IMG/VR virus record: IMGVR_UViG_3300027969_000041
Strand: one strand, 5' to 3'
Length of the DNA stretch: 64,000 bases
Source of the DNA: a virus
Lineage: Duplodnaviria > Caudoviricetes
Shown here: positions 48,248-57,256 of the stretch, piece by piece
How positions within the stretch are numbered: position 1 is the stretch's first letter
How the letters are laid out: every line of letters begins with the position of its first letter
The notes under the pieces: model-generated
Databases searched by the model: none
Seen by the model: the letters and a program-made list of their open reading frames with translations, nothing else
Told to the model about the DNA's origin: nothing
Made by a program: the position numbers and the translations under genes

Positions 48248-48933
48248 TTACGATCTCCAAAAAGTTGTAATAGGTTAATAAACAAGTTGATGAAATCCAT
48301 ATATAGCGTTAGTGCTCCGCGAATTTCTGCACTATCACTAGTTTCCATACTAAGTTCTTCTCGAATCTTTTGTGTGTCATAGGCAGTTAAGCCAAGGAAG
48401 ATAATAATGGCCAGTGCAGAGATTACCATCTGCATTACAGTACTACCAATAAAGATATTAACAATGCTGGCAATGATGATAGCAATTAAACCAACAAACA
48501 TGAATTTGCCAAGACTGTCTAGGCTCTGTTTGGTAAAGTACCCGTAGCCACTCATTACACCAAACAATACGGCTGCACCCATAAAGGCACTGACAATACT
48601 ACCTATAGTGAATATGGCAAAGATTGTGGCAAAACTTAATCCCATTAGGGCCGCAAAGCCATGTAGACAAAGTTGTGCTACCCCTTTACTAGGATTGTTA
48701 CCTAGCACATAACTAACACCAAAGATTGCCGCAAGTGGTGAAAAGATCACAATCCATTTCATCCAACCTGTAAAAAAGAATGCCAACAACTCTGGGCTAG
48801 AGCCTACAAAGTAACTGACAAACATTGATACAATAACAGCAAGACTCATGTGTCCATACACACGACCCATTGCTGAGTTAATTTCGCTGGCAGAACGATA
48901 TGTCATTCCGCCTGTATAAGTTGTTCCAAACAT
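48244..48933 (-). CDS. Bax inhibitor-1 / YccA family membrane protein
   Basis: Seven TMs, TAYDTQ, ALTLYMDFINLF; start moved to 48933. Confidence 0.92.
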   Translation of the reverse strand: MFGTTYTGGMTYRSASEINSAMGRVYGHMSLAVIVSMFVSYFVGSSPELLAFFFTGWMKWIVIFSPLAAIFGVSYVLGNNPSKGVAQLCLHGFAALMGLSFATIFAIFTIGSIVSAFMGAAVLFGVMSGYGYFTKQSLDSLGKFMFVGLIAIIIASIVNIFIGSTVMQMVISALAIIIFLGLTAYDTQKIREELSMETSDSAEIRGALTLYMDFINLFINLLQLFGDRK

Positions 48934-48973
48934 ATTATTTTCCTTTATAGTAAAAATCCTGTTTATGTATTTA

Positions 48974-49002
48974 ATTATACACAAAACAGGAGTGATTGTC
49001 AA
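48974..49002 (-). promoter_or_regulatory. Consensus sigma70 promoter followed by TAAATA
   Basis: TTGACA-N17-TATAAT, then TAAATA at 48973-48968. Confidence 0.8.
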
Positions 49003-49359
49003 TTACTTTTTAACAAAAGTTTTCAAATCTGGCGGAGCCCATCCGACAGGTTTAAGCACTTTGCCATCTTCCCGTTTTCGAACCTTACCTGTTTCTTTAT
49101 CAATCTTAGCAAAGTTAGTACGCATAACTTCTTTCCAAGCACCTTCTGCGTCCCACCCGGCACTATGTATAGCACCAATAGTAACAACTAAAATATCAAT
49201 TAGCGCATCTAATGTTTCAACATCATCTGGCGCATCTTTAAGTTCTCGGTATTCTTCATCAATTAAATTCATATACATATCAAATTGATTTTGATCACCG
49301 GTGACACTTTGGTCACACGCCTTCATAAATTTTTCCTGATCACGAAATGGATTTGTCAT
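49003..49359 (-). CDS. MazG-like / PRA-PH NTP pyrophosphohydrolase
   Basis: LIDEEYREL, DALID, EVMRTNFAK, REDGKVLKP. Confidence 0.85.
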   Translation of the reverse strand: MTNPFRDQEKFMKACDQSVTGDQNQFDMYMNLIDEEYRELKDAPDDVETLDALIDILVVTIGAIHSAGWDAEGAWKEVMRTNFAKIDKETGKVRKREDGKVLKPVGWAPPDLKTFVKK

Positions 49360-49360
49360 A

Positions 49361-49594
49361 TTATCCTCGTCCTGTTGTTGTTTTATTAATTGAGGGACCG
49401 GTGCTGGTAAAGTCAATTCCGGCCATCCGACCTTCATACATTTTACCATTCCATGTCATAGGTAACTTTACACTTTTGTTTAGTACCACAGTTAAGTTTT
49501 GTCGTTCTTTAAACTCGTGTACTGCTGCCTCTACTGTTTTACTTGAGTTTGCTTGTTTAACGGTACAAGTCTCACCGTATCTTGTTACTTCCAT
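49361..49594 (-). CDS. Hypothetical protein
   Basis: 77-aa ORF. Confidence 0.75.
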   Translation of the reverse strand: MEVTRYGETCTVKQANSSKTVEAAVHEFKERQNLTVVLNKSVKLPMTWNGKMYEGRMAGIDFTSTGPSINKTTTGRG

Positions 49595-49892
49595 CGTTGC
49601 CCCATCTTAGATAAAATTCGCTTAGTTTCTTTGCTTCGAGCTCTGCTACTACAATATATAAATGCCCGTAAGTGTGGGCATCTACTTGCCTGTGCCACAC
49701 TGGAACTTCAATTGCATGTTCCATGACAAACTTACCTTGTTCACTCTCTTGCCAGTTCCATAACGGTTCTGCGGCATATAAGTCTGGATCTTCAACATCG
49801 CCCATACTAAATTTATGTACAACTGTCTTGTGAATTTCTTTCACAATCTCTTGCCCATCTTGTTCAACGACTTGGAATCTTACTGTACCCAT
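49572..49892 (-). CDS. Hypothetical protein
   Basis: DVEDPDLYAAEPL motif. Confidence 0.75.
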   Translation of the reverse strand: MGTVRFQVVEQDGQEIVKEIHKTVVHKFSMGDVEDPDLYAAEPLWNWQESEQGKFVMEHAIEVPVWHRQVDAHTYGHLYIVVAELEAKKLSEFYLRWGNDGSNKIR

Positions 49893-50215
49893 ATTAGATG
49901 AAATAATGTTATAAATTTTTCAGCATCGCGCTTTGATTTAAACTGCCACATATCCCATGCAATTCTATTACAGTCTTTCCATTTTGTTAGTTCTTTTTCA
50001 GTCCACTCGATAATGTCGTCTAACATAATAGATCCGGAATTTATAGTATATGATCCTCCAGAATCATGATGCCATTCTTCTTCGAGAGTTAATGTCCAAC
50101 GATTTTTTATTTTTGTTAGAACTGTTTTGATGGTAGGACCTTTTTCCATTGAGTATTTCAAATCATCATAGTCTGGATACACTTGTCCTATCATTTGGAC
50201 CCATGCAGAATTCAT
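49880..50215 (-). CDS. Hypothetical protein
   Basis: 111-aa coupled ORF. Confidence 0.7.
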   Translation of the reverse strand: MNSAWVQMIGQVYPDYDDLKYSMEKGPTIKTVLTKIKNRWTLTLEEEWHHDSGGSYTINSGSIMLDDIIEWTEKELTKWKDCNRIAWDMWQFKSKRDAEKFITLFHLIWVQ

Positions 50216-50694
50216 TATACTTTTTTCTTACGAGCAAAGTTTCGACGCTTGGGTTTAGCATCCTTAACTAATAGTGGAGTATGGCTAGCATCCTGTCTTG
50301 ATTTTTCAAGTGCGGCATGAATAGCATCTGGACTAATATCGTCTTCGGCAAAACTGCCCATACCGTCGTGTCCGTCATCTGTGAATTCTTCTTCACTGTT
50401 TGAAATAATTGACATACCAGTTCTAGCCAGCATACGATGTGCCGCATCTGGATTTTCAAATGCTTCTCGCAGACTACCTACATGACCATCTTTAGTTTGG
50501 CTAATAGTCTGCCATGTTCGAATCTCAAGCAAAGGTTCTATCTCTGTAGGAATAGATACAACATAGTGCATATCATTATATCCTTCGATATTAAATGACT
50601 TAACTACAGTACCTTGTGTAGATTTATCATTAGCTCGACGAACACCGTAAATCCAAACGACCTCGCCTACGTTGTATCTCTTTTTAACTGTCAT
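50215..50694 (-). CDS. Hypothetical protein (SH3-like N-terminus)
   Basis: YNVGEVVWI..GTVV. Confidence 0.7.
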   Translation of the reverse strand: MTVKKRYNVGEVVWIYGVRRANDKSTQGTVVKSFNIEGYNDMHYVVSIPTEIEPLLEIRTWQTISQTKDGHVGSLREAFENPDAAHRMLARTGMSIISNSEEEFTDDGHDGMGSFAEDDISPDAIHAALEKSRQDASHTPLLVKDAKPKRRNFARKKKV

Positions 50695-50700
50695 AATTTA

Positions 50701-50865
50701 TCAAGCCGGGGCTTGCTCTTTGCTTTTAACTTCGAGAAGATCTTTAACGAATTTGATAGCCTTGCGGTCAGTATCATATACATATTCTTGATCTTCATCT
50801 TCGTCGGTACGCAAAGTAACGATAACACCGTTTTTAACTTTGCGTATTTCAATAGATTCAAACAT
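50701..50865 (-). CDS. Small hypothetical protein (54 aa, missing from the ORF track)
   Basis: Hand translation MFESIEIRKVKNGVIVTLRTDEDEDQEYVYD.. Confidence 0.65.
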   Translation of the reverse strand: MFESIEIRKVKNGVIVTLRTDEDEDQEYVYDTDRKAIKFVKDLLEVKSKEQAPA

Positions 50866-50879
50866 AGGAATCCTTTCTT

Positions 50880-51605
50880 TTATTTTGGCACACTTAGGTT
50901 ATAGTTAAAGTGGAAAATACCGATGTGTGCTGTATCTCGGCTTAACTCTTGATCACACCAAATCTCATAGCCTGCCTTTTGAGCCTGCTGGCAGAAGAAA
51001 ATATCTTCACCAATTTCTAAATTAAGGTGTGGAACATATTCTTGCAAGTAATGAGGTTGTGGAATTTTTTCGTAAACTTCACGCTTACATAATACCATAC
51101 CGTGCGGTAAAACATCAATTAGTTCCATTGCTGGACTATTATCAGTTGTTTGAAACTCTGTGAAAGATCCTGCTTTACCACTCATACCGGTAAAGTTAGG
51201 ATTAGGAAAACGTCGACGACGATAGTTAGCACCAACAATAGGTTTGTCGCGAGCCAACAGACGCATAGGTGCGTCAATCGGGAATTTCATATCACTGTCA
51301 ACCCACCAAATATAGTCAAAGTCTGACTTCAAAAAGATGTCAACTAAGTTTCGTCGAGCAATAGTGATAACACTACCGATGTTAAATGCACAGTTAATTT
51401 TAATGCCATTGGCAACCATATTGGCTGCGGCCATAGCCAAGTGCTGTGCAAATTCAGCATTAACCATTTCCATTGCCGGAACTGCAATCATAACACTAGG
51501 ACGTTGACCTGGTTGTTGTGCAGGTTGCCCCATTGTACGTTGCATTGTCGCAGCCGCCGTAGGTGTCTGGCGCTGTGGAATGTTTAGTTTACCTTTGTTT
51601 TTCAT
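50880..51605 (-). CDS. GT-A glycosyltransferase-like protein
   Basis: VMIAVP, IARRNLV, WWVDSDM; sigma70-like TTGCAA-N17-TACTAT upstream. Confidence 0.75.
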   Translation of the reverse strand: MKNKGKLNIPQRQTPTAAATMQRTMGQPAQQPGQRPSVMIAVPAMEMVNAEFAQHLAMAAANMVANGIKINCAFNIGSVITIARRNLVDIFLKSDFDYIWWVDSDMKFPIDAPMRLLARDKPIVGANYRRRRFPNPNFTGMSGKAGSFTEFQTTDNSPAMELIDVLPHGMVLCKREVYEKIPQPHYLQEYVPHLNLEIGEDIFFCQQAQKAGYEIWCDQELSRDTAHIGIFHFNYNLSVPK

Positions 51606-51668
51606 TTTCTTCCTTTGTTATATATAGTAACATATTTCTTGTTAATTTGCAAATTTATTTTTGCCAAT

Positions 51669-52415
51669 TTACAGTTCACCGAATTGTCCATTTTGTCCGC
51701 CCCATCCTCCGAGGAGCCAAAGTACTTCGACGCATGGTTTATCCTGTATCACAAAATGATACAATAAACATTCGAAGTCTATTATTTTTGCTAGTTCTGG
51801 ATTATTAATATAGTATTCATACATTACTGTCAACGATTGGTTAAAGTCATCTAGTAATTCTCTACCTACAGCATATGATGTACTAGGTGTCCAAAATAAT
51901 TTTCCATTGTTTTTTAGCAAATCGGGATAACCCCACCATTCTAACCAATCCCATACTTTTGTATACTTAGAAATATATTTGTTGGTATTTTCTTGATTCA
52001 ATACTGAGGTATCTACATCTGTGTAAAAATACCGACCACTAACCTTAATAAAATAATCGTACTCTTTAAGTTCATTAATATAATGTTTTAAAAATAATAT
52101 GGTTGCCGCAGTTTCACAAGTACCTTTTGAAGTATTAGTTCTACATAGATGTGTAACAACTGGATCTAATTCTTCAGCAGACACAACTTCTAAGTTACTG
52201 ACATAATTTAAATCATTGCGGATTTTATCTACATTATGTCCTATCTCAAATAGAAATATTTTTGACTCTGGAAACAGCAATCGGATACTAGCAATAGTAA
52301 ATTGTGTTTGCCTAAATCGTTCTTCTGCCGAAAAGGCACTCCTAACTGGCGTATGTCCAAATCCATTCGTGCTATCTACATTGATAACAGAACTAATATA
52401 AAATGCAAGTTTCAT
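51669..52415 (-). CDS. Possible glycosyltransferase-like protein
   Basis: RFRQTQFTIASIR, FIKVSGRY; weak call. Confidence 0.5.
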   Translation of the reverse strand: MKLAFYISSVINVDSTNGFGHTPVRSAFSAEERFRQTQFTIASIRLLFPESKIFLFEIGHNVDKIRNDLNYVSNLEVVSAEELDPVVTHLCRTNTSKGTCETAATILFLKHYINELKEYDYFIKVSGRYFYTDVDTSVLNQENTNKYISKYTKVWDWLEWWGYPDLLKNNGKLFWTPSTSYAVGRELLDDFNQSLTVMYEYYINNPELAKIIDFECLLYHFVIQDKPCVEVLWLLGGWGGQNGQFGEL

Positions 52416-53162
52416 TTAACGAGGCGCAAATTCTTGTTGTAATTTGATATTATCAAAAAACTCTTTTTTAGTATTGCCGTCATCTTTGAATGCACCTTTG
52501 AGTACAGTTGTCTGTGTTAATGAACTATGCGCCATAATGCCGCGATTCTCACAGCATCCGTGTACTGCCTGGATGTAAACACCTAGGTCTTTGGCTCCTG
52601 TGGCTTTTTCGATTTCCCTAGCAATGTCATTACAAAGTTCCTCCTGGAGAGTACCTCGACGGGCACACCACTGTGCGATGCGAGTGTACTTGCTGAGTCC
52701 GATGAGTTTCTCAGCGGCAATAATGCCAATATAAGCAACCCCACTAACGGGTTGGTGATGATGGCTACACATACTGCGAAGCTCACTACGAACAACAAGC
52801 ATACCTTCATAACGGTCCGCTGAGTCGTTGGGAAATGCTGTTGCGTCTGGTGCTGGTTCATATCTTCCTGCCATAATTTCATTAAAGTACATTTTAGCAA
52901 GTCGTCTCGCTGTACCTTTACTGTTAGGATCGTCTTCACGATCAATAAGCAAACGATCTAGCACTAATTCAAATGCTTCTGTAGCTTCGTCAATCAGTTG
53001 TTCTTTGTTATAGTCGTTAACATATTCGCTAATGTTATCGCCTGCCCAAAACCTTTTTCCGTCGCGTCTCATCTTTGCGCGAAGATAGTTACCTAAATAC
53101 TGCTCTTCTTGATAGCCGCCATCGCCTGCCATTGCGTCTAACCCTGTTTGTCTATTTGTCAT
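52416..53162 (-). CDS. folE: GTP cyclohydrolase I
   Basis: TARRLAKMY, SMCSHH, GLSKYTR, LQEEL, HGCCENRG. Confidence 0.96.
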   Translation of the reverse strand: MTNRQTGLDAMAGDGGYQEEQYLGNYLRAKMRRDGKRFWAGDNISEYVNDYNKEQLIDEATEAFELVLDRLLIDREDDPNSKGTARRLAKMYFNEIMAGRYEPAPDATAFPNDSADRYEGMLVVRSELRSMCSHHHQPVSGVAYIGIIAAEKLIGLSKYTRIAQWCARRGTLQEELCNDIAREIEKATGAKDLGVYIQAVHGCCENRGIMAHSSLTQTTVLKGAFKDDGNTKKEFFDNIKLQQEFAPR

Positions 53163-53237
53163 TATAATTGTTCTCCGATGTTAAGGCAGTGGATTGCCAT
53201 ATGTATTAATAGTACAGTATTATTTAGGTTCTGTCAA
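53163..53237 (-). promoter_or_regulatory. sigma70 promoter plus structured folE leader
   Basis: TTGACA-N17-TACTAT; GGCA-AUCCAC-UGCC-UUAACAUC-GGAG. Confidence 0.6.
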
Positions 53238-54128
53238 CCGTAGTAGTGTATTTTTTCTAACAGCGGCATCCAATACCATCATGCTAGCACCTACTTCTTC
53301 TGCGTATTTGAGTAAGGCAGCTGTGTCTTTTGGAAAGCAAGCACCACCGAAGCCGAATAATCCATCAGGACCTGGCACCCTCAAGTGGCTTGAACCAATT
53401 CTTGAATCTAAATTGACCATACTTATCACAGTATTGTAGTTCATACCGCCTGCTATTGCAACATTATGTATTTCATTCATAAATGATACTTTAGTTGCTA
53501 GATATGTATTGATAGTATACTTGGCTAGGGCGGCTTCATCAATGGTGCAGAAGCGAACATTTTCACCGATGCCAGGTTGTCCCCAGCGAATAATACGTTC
53601 TGCATCTCGTTGATATGCACCCACACAACCGCCAATGATAGCAAACTTGCCGTTAGCATAATCTCTACTAGCATCTGCGGCAGTTAAAAACTCAGGAGCA
53701 TGGACTAGATTTTTATGTTTTGTCTGTAGTGCTTTATAAACACTAGGAGGTGCTGTACTTTTGCTAATTATAACTCCATTGTATCCTAAAGATGCAAGTT
53801 TATCTAATGCACTTTCTAGATAGCTAGTATCGCAACTGCCATCATCGCCTTGTGGACTGGGAACACATATAAACACACCTTCGCAGTCTAACAGATCTTC
53901 ATACTTGCCCTGCAGGCCTTTAGGAGGATCTACCAAAATTAGATCACAGGCATGTTCCATGTTATCTCTAATAGCACTGCCGACAAATCCCAATCCGACA
54001 ATACCAACCTTTGGCGGCTTATTAAAAAACATTTTATTTTCTTTCTTTATATTAATATAATTATCTGCAACTTCATCAGCAAAGATAATTTTTGCACCAC
54101 CTAAAGTACCGGGCATGTCAAGAGTCAT
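53220..54128 (-). CDS. UDP-glucose/GDP-mannose dehydrogenase family protein
   Basis: GLGFVG, ICVPSP, KST, PEFL, GFGGACFPKD; start could be 54032. Confidence 0.92.
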   Translation of the reverse strand: MTLDMPGTLGGAKIIFADEVADNYINIKKENKMFFNKPPKVGIVGLGFVGSAIRDNMEHACDLILVDPPKGLQGKYEDLLDCEGVFICVPSPQGDDGSCDTSYLESALDKLASLGYNGVIISKSTAPPSVYKALQTKHKNLVHAPEFLTAADASRDYANGKFAIIGGCVGAYQRDAERIIRWGQPGIGENVRFCTIDEAALAKYTINTYLATKVSFMNEIHNVAIAGGMNYNTVISMVNLDSRIGSSHLRVPGPDGLFGFGGACFPKDTAALLKYAEEVGASMMVLDAAVRKNTLLRLTEPK

Positions 54129-54352
54129 TTAGTAAGCCCCGCAAAAATAAGTTCGCGCTCTGTAACACTGGCCACAGGTTGTAGCCATCCATTTTTTATA
54201 GCTTCCATAATTATTAATTTATGATGTCTTGGACAGGTATTGCTTATTTCAAATCCCGCTCGGGGAGTGATAGTTAATCTGTCTTGGATCATAAAATTAG
54301 GATCTTCTTGCCTAATTGTGTGTACTTGGCTTTTGTAAACGGTGTATGTCAT
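54125..54352 (-). CDS. Hypothetical protein (probably leaderless mRNA)
   Basis: TTGATC-N17-TATAAT-N6-ATG. Confidence 0.7.
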   Translation of the reverse strand: MTYTVYKSQVHTIRQEDPNFMIQDRLTITPRAGFEISNTCPRHHKLIIMEAIKNGWLQPVASVTERELIFAGLTK

Positions 54353-54387
54353 GCTACTATTATAGCATGAAATCTATGCTAGATCAA

Positions 54388-55122
54388 TTAGCGACTTATC
54401 CAATCTTTGGCTCGATACGGCTTGCCCATTTTAGCATATGGTATATAACGCATGACCTTTTTCTTTACCCGTTTAATAATAACATGATTATGATCGTAAT
54501 TAAATGCTTTAAGATACATTCTCCAGCAATTAAATTTGCGTCTCATACCTTTTTGGTCTTCGCTGAGATATGCAATAACTTGTTCTTCGTTATTGTTGAA
54601 CTTATCCATTAGTTCACAGGCAATGTTAAATCCGTAGGCATCTATTTCATCACGGTTACCTAAGTACTCCTGTTCTTGCCGTTGTTCAGTTTTTTCTGCA
54701 CTACTGGCATAATCTGGAAGTTCTTTGAACTTTCTACTACGATATTGTCTCATATGTATAAGTTCGTGTAAGATAGTATCTGCAAACAATGCACACATTC
54801 TGTAGAATCGTTGATGGGTTACATATACAGATCCGATAAGAGGATTATAAACAAATACAATTTCTATACATTGTCTACGAGCTTTGTCATCATCGCTGTA
54901 GTAAGCACCACCTGTGTATACATGCCCAAAATCTACTTTTGTATCAGAACGCTTGATAACTTTTACAGGAAGTTGAGATTTAATATGTTTGGAAATTATA
55001 CTATGGAATTTAGAATTGGTTAATTCCTGTCCAACTAGTTTGGGTGAAATTTCAGCCAAAAATTGTATTAGACCTTGACGATCTAGCATTGACCAATCAA
55101 ACTTTGCAGTATTTCTAGCCAT
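54388..55122 (-). CDS. Zincin-like metallopeptidase-domain protein
   Basis: LHELIHMRQ and EIDAYG. Confidence 0.7.
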   Translation of the reverse strand: MARNTAKFDWSMLDRQGLIQFLAEISPKLVGQELTNSKFHSIISKHIKSQLPVKVIKRSDTKVDFGHVYTGGAYYSDDDKARRQCIEIVFVYNPLIGSVYVTHQRFYRMCALFADTILHELIHMRQYRSRKFKELPDYASSAEKTEQRQEQEYLGNRDEIDAYGFNIACELMDKFNNNEEQVIAYLSEDQKGMRRKFNCWRMYLKAFNYDHNHVIIKRVKKKVMRYIPYAKMGKPYRAKDWISR

Positions 55123-55222
55123 TGTACAGCCTTTATAGTACCCAAATATTTAGCTGGGCATAGTTTCTATTATACAATTACTTTTGGTTATGTCAAATAA
55201 ATACTACTATAATTATTAATCC

Positions 55223-55957
55223 ATGCTAAATTTTCTAGAAATTTTACAAAACGGAATTACTATTGCTAGTTCGGGCACCAGTAGTGGTAAATCCAAAGAA
55301 TATTACCAAAATCCCAAAAAATTAGAATCTGCTAACAAAGTATCTTTGGAGGCCCAGCATATAAATTCCGATAGTAAAATTTATACCTGTTGCAATATCA
55401 AACATGCAGGCGGGCTGTTAGCTCAAACATTGCCTGCCCTTAGCCTAGGAGCAACAGTAGATATTGTACCCTTTAACGCTTATAGGTTTATTGCAGATAT
55501 AGGCAATTATACGCATACTCATATAACACCATTGCATGCCAGGGCAATCATGTTAACCAAAGGTTTTGAAAATTTAGATCTTTCAGGAGTTTGGATTACC
55601 TGCGGGGCTGACCCAGTCTCTTGGGAAATTATAGAAGAATTTGTAAAACGTGGTGCAACATTTATGGTTAACTGGGGTATGAGTGAAATTGGACCAATTG
55701 CGATCAATATAGTATTTGATAATATGGAAAAAGTTAAAAGATACAAAGAATTGTCGCCCCCGAATGCAAGTATTTTAGGCAACACTGCATGGTGCCAATA
55801 CAAAATAGTTGATGAAGAACTAGTAGTAAGCGGAGATATTTGTATTTTTAATGGTTGGTATTGTACTAAAGATCGTGTAGTAGATATAGAAGGTACTCTA
55901 TATTATCTTGGGAGAACTAATAAGGAACTAGATTTGTGGGAATCAAAAAAAAGTTAA
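55223..55957 (+). CDS. Minimal ANL-family adenylate-forming enzyme
   Basis: SSGTSSGKSK (A3), WGMSEIG (A5), TKD (A7), YLGR (A8); no C-terminal lid. Confidence 0.8.
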   Translation: MLNFLEILQNGITIASSGTSSGKSKEYYQNPKKLESANKVSLEAQHINSDSKIYTCCNIKHAGGLLAQTLPALSLGATVDIVPFNAYRFIADIGNYTHTHITPLHARAIMLTKGFENLDLSGVWITCGADPVSWEIIEEFVKRGATFMVNWGMSEIGPIAINIVFDNMEKVKRYKELSPPNASILGNTAWCQYKIVDEELVVSGDICIFNGWYCTKDRVVDIEGTLYYLGRTNKELDLWESKKS

Positions 55958-56526
55958 CAACAGTACTTTATTCTGATATCCATAAACCGTCTCTAGAAAA
56001 GTTTTGTAAATTGTGTCAAGAGCAGGGATATAAAAACAATCAAAGTTTAGATGCAATAAAACTTGAATGGTGTTTAGATCAAGGCGGTCAATTTTTTCTA
56101 ACGTATATAGATGATATAATTGTTAGTATTAGTGGTTGTCATCCGTTGCCAGAAATAAGCAAGGATACTTATCGTATTTTGTTTAGGGGAGCAACTCTTC
56201 ACCAATATCAGAATCATCTAGGAATCATGAGCAAAACGCACATGACTTCGATTCCCTTTTACACACATATTCCATTAGCAATCAATTGGACAAATTTATT
56301 AGGAAATAAGCAATTAGTTATAACAACTAACTGGGATAATTCTAATGTTGTTTCTATGAATAAAAGCCACAAGGTATTGGGCCTACTTGCAAAACAGGGA
56401 ATAGTCGATTGCTTAATTGAAAAAACTGAATTATTTTATACTGAACAAACAGTGTGGCAACTAAACAAGGATAGATATACTGAAGTTAGAAATCAGTTCA
56501 AGCAACGGAATAATATAGATGACTGA
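55936..56526 (+). CDS. GNAT-like acyltransferase
   Basis: IVSISGCH..YRILFRGATL..; fold inferred. Confidence 0.5.
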   Translation: MGIKKKLTTVLYSDIHKPSLEKFCKLCQEQGYKNNQSLDAIKLEWCLDQGGQFFLTYIDDIIVSISGCHPLPEISKDTYRILFRGATLHQYQNHLGIMSKTHMTSIPFYTHIPLAINWTNLLGNKQLVITTNWDNSNVVSMNKSHKVLGLLAKQGIVDCLIEKTELFYTEQTVWQLNKDRYTEVRNQFKQRNNIDD

Positions 56527-57256
56527 TCATAAAAACTATCTATTCATACTTGCAAATCAAGGTGCCGGTGGACATCGCCTAGGTAGGTTAATCAGCACAC
56601 TTGACTCAGTGTACTGGTATGCATCTGAAAAAAATGGAATAACCCCTAACCAATTATTTCTTGATTATAGTCCTAATCGTGTATCAGGTAAAGATATCAG
56701 TGAATATCATTATGATAGATTAATTGGAGAACATACAGTTCCCTTAGTAGGAGAACGTATAGAAGTTTGGTGGAACAAAACTGACATAGATTTTTACTAT
56801 AATTCTGTATGGGCATCGAGGATGTCTAAATTTTCTGATATCTTAGACACACAATATCTACATTGGGTATTACACGACACCCCCTTATCCATGCTAAACA
56901 GATTTTCAAATGCAAAAGTTATTTCTCTAATTGACACAGACATAGATAGTGTCGCTGATCGATATTTGAAAACTACGGCAAAGTTTCCGGCATACTATAA
57001 ATTGCCCGGCCTCAAACCAGATTACAAAAATCAATATGCACAAGATGTATGTGCGTTAGAAAAAAAGAACCCAGGGGCAACCTTGCAAGATTTATGGGAA
57101 TATCAAAACCCTAAACAGAACTATTTGCAATTTGTTAAAAATAAACTAGCGTTAGATAATAACCAGCGTATAAAAACAGATCACCCCAGGCATTTAAAAA
57201 TAACCTGGGGTAATCTAGATCTAATATCAATTGAGAAGTTTATAAAACTACCTTAA
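56519..57256 (+). CDS. P-loop sulfotransferase/kinase-like protein
   Basis: LFILANQGAGGHRLGRL, then helical body. Confidence 0.45.
   Translation: MTDHKNYLFILANQGAGGHRLGRLISTLDSVYWYASEKNGITPNQLFLDYSPNRVSGKDISEYHYDRLIGEHTVPLVGERIEVWWNKTDIDFYYNSVWASRMSKFSDILDTQYLHWVLHDTPLSMLNRFSNAKVISLIDTDIDSVADRYLKTTAKFPAYYKLPGLKPDYKNQYAQDVCALEKKNPGATLQDLWEYQNPKQNYLQFVKNKLALDNNQRIKTDHPRHLKITWGNLDLISIEKFIKLP

Noticed and set aside
50614-50904. Plus-strand 96-aa ORF
   Set aside because: It is antisense to a better-supported 54-aa minus-strand gene at 50701-50865.
55150-55161. Micro-ORF MPS after a sigma70-like promoter
   Set aside because: It has three codons and a 16-nt promoter spacer, with no evidence of function.
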